Of a stretch of 64,000 nt of DNA, positions 46,224 to 60,205 are shown in pieces. This DNA is from Polyangiales bacterium (GTDB lineage Bacteria; Myxococcota_A; Polyangia; Polyangiales; Ga0077539). The stretch covers positions 1 to 64,000 of the forward strand of contig JBGARZ010000017.1 of NCBI GenBank assembly GCA_044229975.1, in the 5' to 3' direction. The notes under the pieces were generated by a model. That model saw only the letters and a program-made list of their open reading frames with translations. It was not told the DNA's origin and made no database searches. The translations under genes were made by a program, and so were the position numbers. The number at the start of each line of letters is the position of its first letter. Within the stretch, counting starts at the first letter, position 1.

Positions 46224-48749
46224 TTAGGTTTCGATGACGACCGGAACACCAGCCTGCTGCGCGACCGGCGTCCAGATGTCGGCGTCGACGTCCGGCGTCT
46301 CGATGGAGACGACGAGCGCGTAACGCGCGCCCTGTCCGCTGCGGTCACGCTTCGGCAGATCCTTCCACCATCCGCTCACCGGGTAGATCCCGATCACGCC
46401 GCGCTCGGCGATGTCGGCCGCGGAACCTTGGAGGACGTCCGAGTGGACGGAGCCATGACTGCGAGCCTGTTCACCGAGGAACCACTCGGAGGAATTGCCC
46501 CCCGCTGAAGGCCGATCCTCATCCTCATCGAGGGCAAGCTGGTTGAGACGCTTGCGAAAATCCTCGACTAGCTCAGTCGGGCCTTTCACCTCGAAGCGAA
46601 GTCCGTGTGACGCGTAGCGGTGCCGCTTTTTCCAGCCACGTCGCCCTGGGTTCGGCTCGATGAAGTAGGACAGCGTCACGCGCAGGCGGACGGACGCCGC
46701 CCCCAGGGCGTGGAGTACGTCGTTTGGCCAGGGCAGCTCAAAGAAGTGCATCTCGCGCATCGTTCCCTGCGCGAACGGCCGGATGCTGCCCTGCACGATC
46801 AGTGTCAGCGCGTTGCCCGCACTCCGCAACGCACGGTCGATGTGCGGGACGCCGAATCCGTAGCGGCGCACGACTCTCAAGCGGGCACGCTTGCCGCCCG
46901 CAGCGTGGAGGTAGGCCAGCATCCGCGGGGTCCACTCGGCCGAGTGCACGATGAGCGCCCGCACGGCCTCGGGCCATAGGGTCGGGTACTCCGCCGCGAT
47001 CATGGCGGCCATGCGCGCGGCCTGCGCCGTCGCCGCGCTGGTCGCCCAGCTCAGCGCGAAGGGCTTCAGCGCGGGTCGGTAGTACGTCGTGAGCACGCTG
47101 AGATCGGCGCACGGGAAATCGATCGTCCCCTGCGTGTCCTTCACGACGTTCCCTCCTTCGAAGACGACGTCCGGCTTGATCGGCCAGGCCTCGGCGAAGG
47201 TGACCCCGGTGGTGCTCCACGGCGAGAGGTCGCCCCCGCGCGCGACGGGGCTCCATCCGCTCATTTTCGGATCACTGATCAACGCTTTGTCGGTGAACGC
47301 CCCGACCGTGAGCGCGTTCCAGGCCTGCGCGGGGTCGTGGACGGCATCGGCGTCACTCCGATCGAGGTGCGCGACTTCCAGCGCGTCGGCGTCGACGTTT
47401 CCGGCGCTCACGATGAACAAGCGGCGCAGCGGCTCCTCCCCGTCATTGAGATACACGAGGCCCTGGCTGCTCGCGTCGAACGAACGCCCCGCGGCCAGCG
47501 CGTCGATCGACGCAGACCATGACGTCGGTTGTCCTCGGTCGCGCTCATCAGTCGCGGTGATGGCCATCGAGAAGCATCGGCGGCGCTCTGGCGCTTGGAT
47601 CTCGACCCGGCTCGTCGCCTCCGCCGTGACGGCGCCGTACACCTCGGGCGCGTTCTGTCCGGTCGGCGGCAGAATCTTCACCGACTCAAGGACATGGCGA
47701 AGCCGCACCTGTCCGGAGCCGGTCAGCATCGGAGTGAGGTCGCCGTACAGCGCGAGGCCAGCCATCTCGGTGCCGTGTCCCTGGTGATCGTGTGTGCCCC
47801 ACGAAGGATCACAAGCGTGGCAGTCCTTGGCTGCGAGCGCGAGCGCGAGCAGCGGATGCCCCTGCGACACGCCGGTATCGAGCACGCAGACCGAGGGCGC
47901 CGCGGCCCCAGGCGCTGTCGTCCTCGCGAGCAGATCCTTGGCCCAGTTGGCTTGCTCGTGGCCGCCCAGGTCAACGAAGAAGGTCGGAGTCTCCTTGGCG
48001 CGTCGCAGCTCCGCGAGGTCGTTCAACACGTCGATGGACGCGGCGAGCTGCTCTGCCGTCGCGCGGACCAGCGTGACGATGCGGTCGTCGAACTGCAGGC
48101 GTCGCGGTGCCACATCAATGTGCCGGAGTTCGGCGAACTCCATCAACCGTGCGAGCTCGTTGCCGTCCTGCCGACGCAACCAGACCTCCCACCAGATGCT
48201 CTCGTGCTCGGGCGGGTACACATCGCTCGCATCCGTCCAGAGGCTGCGAAGGGTGGCGAGCCTCAGCGCGGCCACCGGGTCCAGCATCCCTTCGTGGCGC
48301 TTCTCGCCCTTCGCCTTCGGCCCGCTCTTCGCGTAGCTCTCGAAGCGGTCGATAAAGTGCTTCACCTTACCTTCGGGGACGAAGACCGTGGCGCGCTCCA
48401 CGCGACGCGGCTGAGCTCCGTCGCTCAGCGAGTGGCTCACCGCGACGAGCTCGATGCCCTGGGCAGCGTTCTCGAACGATGAGAGCTGCAGTGACTCGCC
48501 TGGCTGACTCTCGAACTGCACGTAGAGCCCGGGCGATGCGCCATGCACCTCGATCTCGGTTGCTTCGCGGCGCTGGAGGGCCTCTACCACCGCTGACTCG
48601 AGAGCGCTCTTGAGCGCCCTACCATGAGCCTTCCTGCTCTCGGGAGCTGGAACCTTGCGGATGTCGAACCTACGCCTGTGCGGCCGGTACGGCTCGGTCG
48701 TGGGTGGGCTCGAAACGGTGATGTGCTTGCGGTTGCGAGGTGAGACCAC
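46224..48749 (-). CDS. ietS: S8 subtilase-family peptidase (IetS-like)
   Basis: VLDTG, HGTEMAG, SAGN, PAQAWNALTVGA, IKPDVV, ATSAA; lies downstream of an AAA ATPase. Confidence 0.88.
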   Translation of the reverse strand: MVSPRNRKHITVSSPPTTEPYRPHRRRFDIRKVPAPESRKAHGRALKSALESAVVEALQRREATEIEVHGASPGLYVQFESQPGESLQLSSFENAAQGIELVAVSHSLSDGAQPRRVERATVFVPEGKVKHFIDRFESYAKSGPKAKGEKRHEGMLDPVAALRLATLRSLWTDASDVYPPEHESIWWEVWLRRQDGNELARLMEFAELRHIDVAPRRLQFDDRIVTLVRATAEQLAASIDVLNDLAELRRAKETPTFFVDLGGHEQANWAKDLLARTTAPGAAAPSVCVLDTGVSQGHPLLALALAAKDCHACDPSWGTHDHQGHGTEMAGLALYGDLTPMLTGSGQVRLRHVLESVKILPPTGQNAPEVYGAVTAEATSRVEIQAPERRRCFSMAITATDERDRGQPTSWSASIDALAAGRSFDASSQGLVYLNDGEEPLRRLFIVSAGNVDADALEVAHLDRSDADAVHDPAQAWNALTVGAFTDKALISDPKMSGWSPVARGGDLSPWSTTGVTFAEAWPIKPDVVFEGGNVVKDTQGTIDFPCADLSVLTTYYRPALKPFALSWATSAATAQAARMAAMIAAEYPTLWPEAVRALIVHSAEWTPRMLAYLHAAGGKRARLRVVRRYGFGVPHIDRALRSAGNALTLIVQGSIRPFAQGTMREMHFFELPWPNDVLHALGAASVRLRVTLSYFIEPNPGRRGWKKRHRYASHGLRFEVKGPTELVEDFRKRLNQLALDEDEDRPSAGGNSSEWFLGEQARSHGSVHSDVLQGSAADIAERGVIGIYPVSGWWKDLPKRDRSGQGARYALVVSIETPDVDADIWTPVAQQAGVPVVIET

Positions 48750-48769
48750 GCGTCATGCTCCTCGATGCG

Positions 48770-49756
48770 TTAGCCGTGCGCGCCGCGCCGCTCCCCGAGA
48801 GCGACCGCCAGCGACGCGGCTCGAACGACGATCGAGTGGTCGAGGATCGAGTTCTTCGCCGCCTGCTCGCAGGCCATCACGATCTCCGCGTGGCTGAGGT
48901 CGGCGGCGGCCGTGGCCGCCGCGCTCCAATCGATGTCCGACGTGTCGAGCAACCCGAGGCGCGACCGCATCACTCGCTCGGCGATGTCCGACGTAGGCAG
49001 CGCGTACTCAAGCGTTGCGTCGAAGCGGCGGAAGAGCGCGCGGTCGAGCAGACCGACGTGGTTGGTCGCGCCAAGCACGAGACTATCCGACTCGTCCTGC
49101 TCAAGAAACTGGAGGAACGAGTTGAGCACCCGTCGAATCTCGCCGACGTCGTTCTTCGCGCCGCGCTCGCCGCCGAGCGCGTCGAACTCGTCGAACAGGT
49201 ACACGCCGCGTGTGGACTGGATCGCGTCGAACACGAGCCGCAGCTTGGCCGCGGTCTCGCCCATGTACTTCGTGATGAGGCCATCCAGCTGGATGCTGAA
49301 GAGCGGGAGCCCCAATTCGCCCGCGAGCGCCGCCGCGGTCATCGTCTTACCGGTGCCAGGCGGCCCCACGAGAAGGAGCTTCCGCATCGGCGCGAAGCCA
49401 TGCCCCCGGATCCGCTCGCGCTGCTGCTGCTCGTTCAGGACGCGGTCGAGGCGGGCTCGGAGCACGTCAGTCAGCGCCATGTCGGCGACGCGTGTCTTCG
49501 GGTAACCGACCGTGAGGAGCCCGGCCAGCTCGCCTCGCGGTTGGGCCAGCGGCACAGGCTTTGGGCCTCGTGCAGGCTCGACCGCGTGCGTGCGCGTCTT
49601 CACCTGATCGACGAGCTCGCGTAGCTCCTGGGCGAACTTGCCGTGCCCTCCCCGAGCCGCCTGAGCCGCGACCTGCATGGCGATCGCGTAGAAGCGCGCG
49701 TCGTCGCCATCTGCATGACTCCGGATGAGCGCTTTGACTTGGTCCGCGGTCGCCAT
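48770..49756 (-). CDS. ietA: AAA+ ATPase (IetA-like)
   Basis: GPPGTGKT, FDEFDALG, DVGEIRRVLNSFLQ, LDRALFRRFD; paired with the S8 peptidase. Confidence 0.88.
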   Translation of the reverse strand: MATADQVKALIRSHADGDDARFYAIAMQVAAQAARGGHGKFAQELRELVDQVKTRTHAVEPARGPKPVPLAQPRGELAGLLTVGYPKTRVADMALTDVLRARLDRVLNEQQQRERIRGHGFAPMRKLLLVGPPGTGKTMTAAALAGELGLPLFSIQLDGLITKYMGETAAKLRLVFDAIQSTRGVYLFDEFDALGGERGAKNDVGEIRRVLNSFLQFLEQDESDSLVLGATNHVGLLDRALFRRFDATLEYALPTSDIAERVMRSRLGLLDTSDIDWSAAATAAADLSHAEIVMACEQAAKNSILDHSIVVRAASLAVALGERRGAHG

Positions 49757-50139
49757 GACGATTCTATCTCTACCCTGCCCAGTTTCTGCGAAGGCTAAAG
49801 CAAGTCACCTGCTGAACCGAATTCTGCTCCTTCGGAGGCGTAGGTTGCGTTCCGGTCGTGCGCGCGGTCTCCGCGAGGTCGCCGCGGGCTACGAGCGGTG
49901 AGGTGCCATGCCGCAGCGGGTGCGGGCCGTGCGCACCACCATGCGGGCCCGGCCGCTCGCCACGGCGAGTACGCCGCGCGTTGTGGCGATCCAGACGCGC
50001 TGACCGTGGGTCGGACGAACGCGCGAGCCTGCAGGGGCCGCCGCACCCATCACGGCACGACGGGTGCCCAAGGTCATCGCGGGGCGGGACGACGAAAACG
50101 AGGTCACGAGGAAACGATTCGAGAACAGAGGTGGCGTTG

Positions 50140-50491
50140 TTAAACGGCGGCGGCGCGGGTATCGAGCGCGCGGCGGTGCTGGGCTTCGCACCTCACGCGC
50201 ACGAGGAGGTCGCGGTCGGTCGGATCCGGGAGTCGCTCGACCGAGACGTCCAGAGCGGCCGCGCAGCGCCGCGCGGAGCTGGAAGAGCGCGGCGCCGCAG
50301 CTCATCGTGAGCTCGCGTCCGTCTGGGTCGACGATCGGCAGCGCGCGACCGCGATCGGCGCGGAGGTCGAGCGAGGCGCCGTGGACGACGAAGCGCCAGG
50401 GTTGGCTGTTGTGGGGGGAGGGGGCGAGCACGGCCTGATCGACCGCGCGGCGGAGCGATTCGGAGAGAAAGTTCGCAGGGTCGTGGGGCAT
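50140..50491 (-). pseudogene. Acg-type nitroreductase, frameshifted and truncated
   Basis: LAPSPHNSQPWRF...DPDGRELTMSCGAAL. The family-like continuation LDVSVERLPDPTDRDLLVRV is in another frame after ~50255, then lost. Confidence 0.75.
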
Positions 50492-50808
50492 TGGATCCGT
50501 GGGCTCTCGTGGGCTAGGAACCGGGGACGGGATTCACTTGCGGCCCAGGGGGACGAAGGCGGGCTCTTCGCAGCGGCACACGGCGCAACCGCGCGTGCTG
50601 ACGTGGACGCATCGCTCGCCGATCACGCAGCGCAGGGGCAGCGCACCGTCGCACCGTCGACCGCCGCGCGCGGGGACGCACCCGCCCTCGATCGAGAGGC
50701 CCATGACGGAGATCGCGACCACGGTGACCCGCACCGCCCGTCGGAAGCACGAAGTCGCCGCGCGCTCGCTCCGCGCGGTGGGTCGTCTCCCATGGAGGCC
50801 GTCGCTCG

Positions 50809-52212
50809 TCACAGGTGGAGGCGGTCTCCCGCCGCCGGAACGATCACGCGCGCCGCTCCGTCCGCGAGGAGCGCTTCCCGGAGGGCGGTCTGCGCCGGGA
50901 GCTCGCCGTGGACGAGGGCGATGGCATCGACATGTCCCGCCTCCCGGGTGGCCGTCGCGTAGCGGCGCAGGTCGTCGCGGTCGGCGTGGGCGCTGAAGCC
51001 GTTGAGGACCACGACCTCGGCGCGTCGCTCGCGCTCGACGCCGAAGATGCGCACCTTCGCGCGCCGCTCGACCAGGCGCCGCCCGAGCGTGTGCTGCGCC
51101 TGGAACCCCACGATGACAACCGTGTTCCGCTCGTCCTCGATGGTGGTGCGGAGGTGGTGGAGCACGCGGCCCCCCTCGCACATGCCGCTCGCGGAGATGA
51201 TCACCGCGGGGTCGGGTCGGAGCGCGAGATCGCGGCTGGCCTCGTTGTCCTCGACGTAGCGCAGGCCGTCGAACTCGAAGGGCGAGTCGTGGGCAAAGAG
51301 CATGGCGCGCGCCTCGTCGTCGAGGCACTCGGGGTGGGTCTTGAAGACCTCGGTGATCTTCACCGTGAGGGGCGAGTCGATGTAGACCGGAATCGGCGGG
51401 ATCGCGCCTCGCTTGCGCAGGGTCTTGAGGGCGTAGACGAGCTCCTGCGCGCGCTCCAGCGCGAAGGCCGGGATGATGACCTTGCCGCCTCGGGCGAAGG
51501 TGCGCTTGATGGTGGCCGCGAGGTCGTCGTCCATCCGCGTGATCGGGTCGTGGAGGCGGTCGCCGTAGGTGCTCTCGCTGATCAGCACATCCGCCCCTGG
51601 CACCACCTCCGGGTCGCGCAGGATGGGCATGTTGGAGCGGCCGAGGTCGCCGGTGAACACCAGCCGACGGGTGCGCTCGCCCTCGTCAACATCGAGCGCG
51701 GTGACGGCGCTCCCCAGCACGTGCCCGGCGTCGAAGTAGGTGACCCGGACGCCCTTCGCGATCTCGAAGGTGCGGTGGTACGGGATCCCCACGAAGTGCC
51801 CGAGCGCGGCGATGGCATCGGCCTCGGTGAAGAGCGCCTCGACCCGGTCGCCCTCGATCCTCCCGCGCTCGATCTGGTGGTTCAGATAGCGGGCGTCCGC
51901 CTCCTGTATCATCGCCGCGTCGATGAGCATCGCCGCGCAGAGGTCGCGCGTCGCGTGGGTCGCGTAGATGGGGCCGTCGTAGCCCTGCTTCACCAGCAGA
52001 GGCAGTGCACCCGAGTGGTCGATGTGCGCGTGCGACAGCACCACGGCGTCTATGGAGGCGACGGGTAGCGGGAGTCGGCGGTTGCGCTCGGCGCTCTCCT
52101 GGCGGCGCCCCTGGAAGAGTCCGCAGTCGAGCAGCACGGTCGCGTGCGGCGTGCGAACGAGGTGCATCGACCCGGTGACCGTTTGGGCCGCTCCGACAAA
52201 TTCGACTTCCAT
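50809..52212 (-). CDS. MBL-fold beta-CASP ribonuclease
   Basis: GAAQTVTGS, LDCGLFQG, HAHIDHSG, AGHVLGS, ESTYG, FSAHAD, VHGE. Confidence 0.92.
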   Translation of the reverse strand: MEVEFVGAAQTVTGSMHLVRTPHATVLLDCGLFQGRRQESAERNRRLPLPVASIDAVVLSHAHIDHSGALPLLVKQGYDGPIYATHATRDLCAAMLIDAAMIQEADARYLNHQIERGRIEGDRVEALFTEADAIAALGHFVGIPYHRTFEIAKGVRVTYFDAGHVLGSAVTALDVDEGERTRRLVFTGDLGRSNMPILRDPEVVPGADVLISESTYGDRLHDPITRMDDDLAATIKRTFARGGKVIIPAFALERAQELVYALKTLRKRGAIPPIPVYIDSPLTVKITEVFKTHPECLDDEARAMLFAHDSPFEFDGLRYVEDNEASRDLALRPDPAVIISASGMCEGGRVLHHLRTTIEDERNTVVIVGFQAQHTLGRRLVERRAKVRIFGVERERRAEVVVLNGFSAHADRDDLRRYATATREAGHVDAIALVHGELPAQTALREALLADGAARVIVPAAGDRLHL

Positions 52213-52225
52213 GAGGCTGCCAGTC

Positions 52226-52241
52226 AGCAGCACGCGTGCCG
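52226..52241 (-). promoter_or_regulatory. Sigma-54-like -24/-12 element upstream of the beta-CASP gene
   Basis: Minus strand CGGCACGCGTGCTGCT (GG-N10-GC). Confidence 0.45.
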
Positions 52242-52338
52242 AAGGGCCGCCGTGCCTTTCGCCTCTGCTCGCGATGCAGAGGGTGCATCCCTGACGCAGG
52301 GTTTGCGCTTCGACGTTCGGAATCGGCGCTCGGCGGCG

Positions 52339-52354
52339 TGGCACGCGCGGTGCT
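52339..52354 (+). promoter_or_regulatory. Sigma-54-like -24/-12 element upstream of the CBS-xfp operon
   Basis: TGGCACGCGCGGTGCT (GG-N10-GC). Confidence 0.55.
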
Positions 52355-52408
52355 CACTTCCTCGCCGTGATCGGCCCGAGAGGCACCCGGTCGGAGGAGA
52401 GATCATCG

Positions 52409-53062
52409 ATGGAATCCCAAGACACCGCTGGCGTCGTCGAGTGCGCGATCGGCGTGCGCGAGACCGTGTGCGGCGACGGCGCGACGAAGCGGCGGCTGCT
52501 GGCCCATTGCGATCACCGGCGCGAGGCCGTCGAGCTGATGGACTGCTATGGGTGCGACCGACGTGTCCGGCTGCATCTGCCCACGGCGCGGGCGGCCGGG
52601 GCGGTCGAGTGTCGCCGCGACGCAGACACCGCCGAGCAGCCGTCGAGCGACCTTGGTCTGCGGGTGCCCGTCCGGCTCGTGATGGAACGCGACGTCGTCT
52701 GCCTTCAGCCTGATGTGACGATCGACATGGCGGCGCGCCTGCTCCTTGAGCGGCACGCCGCGGGCGCGCCGGTGATCGACGAGGCCGGGCACCCGGTCGG
52801 CGCGATCTCGCTCTCGGACGTGATGCGCCCGCGCCAGGCCGCGGCCGTCAGGCACACCGTCGCCGACGTGATGACGCCGCTGGTGTTTACCGTCTTCGAG
52901 AACACCGAGCTCTCGCGCGCGGCGGCCGTCATGTCATCCGTGGGCCTCCAGCAGCTCCCGGTGGTGCGGGGCGACGGCACCATCGCCGGCGTGCTGTCGA
53001 CCGTCGACGTGGCCCGTTGGGTGGCGCGCGACGCTTCCTTCGCTGGCTCGGCGACCCGATGA
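52409..53062 (+). CDS. CBS-domain protein with Cys-rich N-terminus
   Basis: Tandem CBS motifs [18 protein letters not shown] and [28 protein letters not shown]. Confidence 0.85.
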   Translation: MESQDTAGVVECAIGVRETVCGDGATKRRLLAHCDHRREAVELMDCYGCDRRVRLHLPTARAAGAVECRRDADTAEQPSSDLGLRVPVRLVMERDVVCLQPDVTIDMAARLLLERHAAGAPVIDEAGHPVGAISLSDVMRPRQAAAVRHTVADVMTPLVFTVFENTELSRAAAVMSSVGLQQLPVVRGDGTIAGVLSTVDVARWVARDASFAGSATR

Positions 53063-55446
53063 GCGACGCCTCCATCTCCTCCGAGGAGCTCGCCAACCTC
53101 GATGCCTGGTGGCGGGCGGCCAACTACCTCACGGTCGGGCAGATCTATCTCCAGGACAATCCCCTGCTGCGCGAGCCGCTACGCCCCGAGCACGTCAAGG
53201 CGCGGCTGCTCGGGCACTGGGGAACGTCGCCGGGCCTGAGCCTGCTCTACGTGCACCTCAACCGGGCGATCCGCGAGCGCGGCCTCGACACGATCTTCCT
53301 CGCGGGTCCCGGGCACGGCGGCCCCGCGGTGCTCGCCAACCTCTACCTCGAAGGGAGCTACACCGACGTCTACCCGCGGGCGTCGCAGGACCTCGCCGGG
53401 ATGCGCGCGCTCTTCCGGCAGTTCTCCACGCCGGGCGGCGTGCCCAGCCACGTCGGGCCCGCGACGCCGGGCTCGATCCACGAGGGCGGCGAGCTCGGCT
53501 ACGTGCTCACCCACGCGTTCGGCGCAGCCTTCGACAACCCCGACCTGCTGGCTGTCGCGGTTGTGGGCGACGGCGAGGCGGAGACGGGTCCGCTGGAGGG
53601 ATCGTGGAAGGGGGTGAGCTTCTTGAACCCCGTGCGCGACGGCGCAGTGCTCCCGGTGCTGCACCTCAATGGCTACAAGATCGCCGGGCCCACGGTGCTC
53701 GGACGCGCCTCGGACGACGACGTGCGCTCGTTGCTCAGGGGACACGGCTACGACCCTCGCTTCGTCGAGGGCGACGACCCGATGCAGGTCCACCGCGCGC
53801 TCGCGGCGGCGCTCGACGGGTGCCTCGACGAGATCGCGCGCATCCAGCGCGAGGCCCGCGCGCGGGGCTCGATCGACGAGCGGCCGCGCTGGCCGATGAT
53901 CGTACTGCGCACCCCGAAGGGATGGACCGGCCCGAAGGAGGTCGACGGCATTGCCATCGAGGGGACCCACCGCGCGCACCAGGTTCCGCTCGCGGGCGTG
54001 CGCGCCGACCCGCGCCACCTCGCGATGCTCGAAGCCTGGCTGCGCAGCTACCGTCCGGAGGAACTCTTCGACGAGCGAGGCGCGCCCCGCGACTTCCTCA
54101 AGGTGCTCGCTCCCGAAGGCGCACGGCGGATGGGCGCCAACCCTCGCGCCAACGGTGGGGTCGTGTCGCGGCCGCTGGAGGTGCCCGACGTCGCGGCCTA
54201 TGCCGTCCCGGTGACCGCGCCGGGCGTCACGCGCTGCGAATCGACCGGGCAGCTCGGGCTCCTCTTGCGCGACATCTACCGCGCGAACCCGACGAACTTC
54301 CGGCTCTTCTGCCCGGACGAGACGCGCTCCAACCGCCTCGGGGCGGTCTTCGAGGCGGAGCGCCGCTGCCTCGTGGCGCGCCCGCGCTCCGGGGACGAGC
54401 AGGTGTCGCCCGATGGGCGCGTGATGGAGGTGCTGAGTGAGCACAACTGCGAGGGCTGGCTGGAGGGCTACGTGCTCACTGGGCGCCACGGCCTCTTCGC
54501 CACGTATGAAGCCTTCGCGCTCATCGTCGCTTCGATGACCACCCAGCACGCCAAGTGGCTGGAGGCCTGCGACGAACTGCCGTGGCGGGCGCGGGTGCCG
54601 TCGCTCAACATCCTCCTGACCTCCACTTGCTGGCGCAACGACCACAACGGGTTCAGCCACCAGGGGCCCGGCTTCATGGACACGGTGCTTTCCAAGAAGG
54701 GCACCGTCGCGCGCGTGTACCTCCCGCCGGACGCCAACTGCCTCCTGTCGGTCGCCGACCACTGCCTCTGCAGCACCGGCTACGTGAACCTCGTCGTCAT
54801 CGACAAGCAGCCGCAGCTCCAGTGGCTCGACCTCGACGCCGCGCGGGCCCACTGCGCTCGCGGCGCCTCGACCTGGGAGTGGGCCGGCAACGACCACGAC
54901 GGCCCGCCCGACGTGGTGCTCGCCTGCGCGGGAGACACCGCCACGTTGGAGACGCTCGCCGCCGCGAAATGGCTACGCGCTCGCGCCCCGGGGTTGCGTG
55001 TGCGGGTCGTCAACGTCGTCGATCTGATGACGCTCTACTCGCCCGCCGACCACCCCCACGGCATGTCGCAGGAGCGCTTCGTGGAGCTGTTCACCGCCGA
55101 CACGCCGGTGATCTTCGCCTTCCACGGGTACGCGGGCGCGGTGCATCAACTCCTGCACGGTCGCCCCGATCAGCGGCGGTTCCACGTGCGCGGTTACCGC
55201 GAGGAGGGATCGACCACAACGCCCTTCGACATGGTCGTGCTCAACCGCACGAGCCGCTACCACCTCGCCGCCGAAGCGCTACAGCGCACCTTGCGTCCGC
55301 CGGTGGATCGGGACGCCCTGGTCGCGGAGTGTCAGATGACGCTCGCTCGGCATTCCGCCTACGTGCGCGAGCACTTCGAGGACCTCCTCGAGATTCGCGA
55401 CTGGACCTGGAGCGACGACCCTGCGGCGGTGACGCGACGTGGGTGA
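53059..55446 (+). CDS. xfp: Phosphoketolase (XFP/XPK)
   Basis: [49 protein letters not shown]. Confidence 0.95.
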   Translation: MSDASISSEELANLDAWWRAANYLTVGQIYLQDNPLLREPLRPEHVKARLLGHWGTSPGLSLLYVHLNRAIRERGLDTIFLAGPGHGGPAVLANLYLEGSYTDVYPRASQDLAGMRALFRQFSTPGGVPSHVGPATPGSIHEGGELGYVLTHAFGAAFDNPDLLAVAVVGDGEAETGPLEGSWKGVSFLNPVRDGAVLPVLHLNGYKIAGPTVLGRASDDDVRSLLRGHGYDPRFVEGDDPMQVHRALAAALDGCLDEIARIQREARARGSIDERPRWPMIVLRTPKGWTGPKEVDGIAIEGTHRAHQVPLAGVRADPRHLAMLEAWLRSYRPEELFDERGAPRDFLKVLAPEGARRMGANPRANGGVVSRPLEVPDVAAYAVPVTAPGVTRCESTGQLGLLLRDIYRANPTNFRLFCPDETRSNRLGAVFEAERRCLVARPRSGDEQVSPDGRVMEVLSEHNCEGWLEGYVLTGRHGLFATYEAFALIVASMTTQHAKWLEACDELPWRARVPSLNILLTSTCWRNDHNGFSHQGPGFMDTVLSKKGTVARVYLPPDANCLLSVADHCLCSTGYVNLVVIDKQPQLQWLDLDAARAHCARGASTWEWAGNDHDGPPDVVLACAGDTATLETLAAAKWLRARAPGLRVRVVNVVDLMTLYSPADHPHGMSQERFVELFTADTPVIFAFHGYAGAVHQLLHGRPDQRRFHVRGYREEGSTTTPFDMVVLNRTSRYHLAAEALQRTLRPPVDRDALVAECQMTLARHSAYVREHFEDLLEIRDWTWSDDPAAVTRRG

Positions 55447-56089
55447 CGCGCGCTGCGGGTGCCCGTCGCCGGGCGCCCATCGCCCGCGGCGCGTCGTGCT
55501 CACGGGTGGCCCGGGCGCCGGGAAGACCGCCGTGCTGGAGGTGGTGCGCAAGCGCTTCTGCGAGCACGTGGTGGTGCTGCCGGAGGCCGCGGGCATCGTC
55601 TACGGCGGAGGCTTCCCCCGCCACGCGAGCGACGCCGGGCGGCGCGCGGCGCAGGTCGCGATCTACCACGTGCAGGACCAGCTCGAAGCCCTCGCCCTCG
55701 CGGAGGGCGACCCCGCGCTCGTGCTGTGCGACCGGGGCGTGCTCGACGGGCTCGCCTACTGGCCCGGCACTGCGGAGTCGTTCTTCGCGCAGACCGGGTC
55801 CTCGCGTGCGGCGATCTTCGAGCGGTACGCGGCCGTCCTCCACCTGCGCACGCCCTCCGTCGCGGTCGGCTACAACCACCAGAATCCCCTGCGCGTGGAG
55901 TCGGCCGACGAGGCTTCCGTCATCGACCTGCGTCTGCTCGACGTGTGGCGTGACCACCCGCGGCGCGTCGTCGTCGAGAGCACCGAGGACTTCCTCGACA
56001 AGCTCCGGCGCACGCTCGACGCCCTCCGCGCCGAGCTTCCACCGTGCTGCGAGAACGGGGCGGGGCCCGACCGTCAGATGACGACCTGA
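55439..56089 (+). CDS. AAA_28/NadR-like P-loop kinase
   Basis: [21 protein letters not shown]. Confidence 0.8.
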   Translation: MGDARCGCPSPGAHRPRRVVLTGGPGAGKTAVLEVVRKRFCEHVVVLPEAAGIVYGGGFPRHASDAGRRAAQVAIYHVQDQLEALALAEGDPALVLCDRGVLDGLAYWPGTAESFFAQTGSSRAAIFERYAAVLHLRTPSVAVGYNHQNPLRVESADEASVIDLRLLDVWRDHPRRVVVESTEDFLDKLRRTLDALRAELPPCCENGAGPDRQMTT

Positions 56090-56125
56090 AGCGGGAACGT
56101 CGTCCCGAGACGGCACGCCCGCTGT

Positions 56126-57649
56126 TCACGCCTCGCGTGACGCGGCCGGATCTCCGGGCACGAAGCGGCGGACGAGCGACCGGAGCGCTTCTGCTTCGAA
56201 GGGCTTGGTCATTCGCTCGTTGGGGACGCTGTCGAGGAAGGTCTCCGCCATCGGTGCGAACGCACCGCCGGTGAGGAACACCATCCGACGGGCATCCTCG
56301 GGCCTCGCGCGTGACAGTGCGGCGTGCAGCTCCATCCCGGTCATTCCCGGCATCATCAGGTCGCAGAGGATCACGTCGAAGGCCGCGCCTGCGTCGAGGA
56401 GGTCCAGCGCCTCGCGGCCGGTGGCGGCCAGGGTGACGTCGTGCTCACGCAGCAGGCGATGGAGCAGAGCCCGGATCCTGGGCTCGTCGTCCACGACGAG
56501 CACGCGGCCGCGCTTCGCTGCGACTTCGCTTTGCTTCGCCGTATCTTCGCCGACCGGGGTGGGCGTAGGCAGCGGCGCGGGGGCAGCGGGGAGGGACACG
56601 CGGAAGGTGGTCCCCCGCCCGACGACGCTCTCGACCTGGATGTCGCCGCCGAGAGCGGTGACGAGACCGTGGCAGATGGAGAGGCCGAGGCCCGTGCCGA
56701 CCCCGACAGACCTGGTGGTGAAGAAGGGATCGAAGATGTGCGGGAGCACGTCCGCCGCGATTCCGGCGCCGTTATCGCGCACCTCGACGAACGCACGACC
56801 GTCGGGGGCGGTTCCGGCGTGGAGGCGGATCTCGTTGTGCGCGAAGGCCCCCTCGGGCAGCGATTGCGCGGCGTTCACGATGAGGTTGAGGAACACCTGC
56901 CCGAGCCGTCCATCGTCGGCCTCGACGAGCGGGACGACGCCGTAGTCCTTCACGACGCGGCCGCGGAGCCGGAGCTCGTGGAGGGAGAGCATGAGGGCCG
57001 AGTCGAGGACGCGCGTGACGTCGAGGGGGACGCGCCGCTCGTCGTCCACCCGGGAGAAGGACTTGAGGTCGCGGACGATGCGTCGGATGCGCTCAGCGCC
57101 CTCGCGTGCCCCCGCGGCAAGCTCAGCGATTTCCGGTGCCGTGACCGTCCCCTCGGCGACGCGCTCGCCGATGAGTTCGAGGTTGCCCAGGACGTAGGCG
57201 AGGGGGTTGTTGATCTCGTGGGCGACGCCGAGGGCGAGGACGCCGAGAGAGGTCAGGCGGTCGTTGAGTAGCAGCTGCGTCTCCATCGCCTTGCGCACGG
57301 AGATGTCGCGGATGGCGACCAGCGCCATCATGCCCTGCGCGGCTCGCAGCGGGCTCAGGCTGATCTCGATGGGGAACTCGGTGCCGTCCCGGCGGAGGCC
57401 GCAGAGTGCGCGGCCGGCGCCCATGGGGTGCACCCTCGGCGCCGCGAAGAAGTCTGCGCGGTGTGCCGGGTGATCGCCACGCAGTCGCGACGGGATGAGC
57501 GTCTCGATCGGCCGGCCGAGGAGGTCGGCGCGCGCGAAGCCGAAGAGCCGCTCGACCTCCTCGTTGAGGAGAACGATGCACCCGTCGCGGTCGACGATCG
57601 CCATCGCGTCGGGGGCGGCGTCGAGCAGGTCTTTGAAGCGCTCGGTCAT
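56126..57649 (-). CDS. Hybrid sensor kinase (PAS-HisKA-HATPase-REC)
   Basis: [39 protein letters not shown]; receiver VVDDE/DLMMP. Confidence 0.92.
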   Translation of the reverse strand: MTERFKDLLDAAPDAMAIVDRDGCIVLLNEEVERLFGFARADLLGRPIETLIPSRLRGDHPAHRADFFAAPRVHPMGAGRALCGLRRDGTEFPIEISLSPLRAAQGMMALVAIRDISVRKAMETQLLLNDRLTSLGVLALGVAHEINNPLAYVLGNLELIGERVAEGTVTAPEIAELAAGAREGAERIRRIVRDLKSFSRVDDERRVPLDVTRVLDSALMLSLHELRLRGRVVKDYGVVPLVEADDGRLGQVFLNLIVNAAQSLPEGAFAHNEIRLHAGTAPDGRAFVEVRDNGAGIAADVLPHIFDPFFTTRSVGVGTGLGLSICHGLVTALGGDIQVESVVGRGTTFRVSLPAAPAPLPTPTPVGEDTAKQSEVAAKRGRVLVVDDEPRIRALLHRLLREHDVTLAATGREALDLLDAGAAFDVILCDLMMPGMTGMELHAALSRARPEDARRMVFLTGGAFAPMAETFLDSVPNERMTKPFEAEALRSLVRRFVPGDPAASREA

Positions 57650-57652
57650 GGT

Positions 57653-60205
<2,553 letters not shown>

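Noticed and set aside
45928..46227. 99-aa ORF as an eighth operon gene
   Set aside because: It has a TTGA overlap, but a TTG start, no RBS and no recognisable motif; not supportable, though not excluded.
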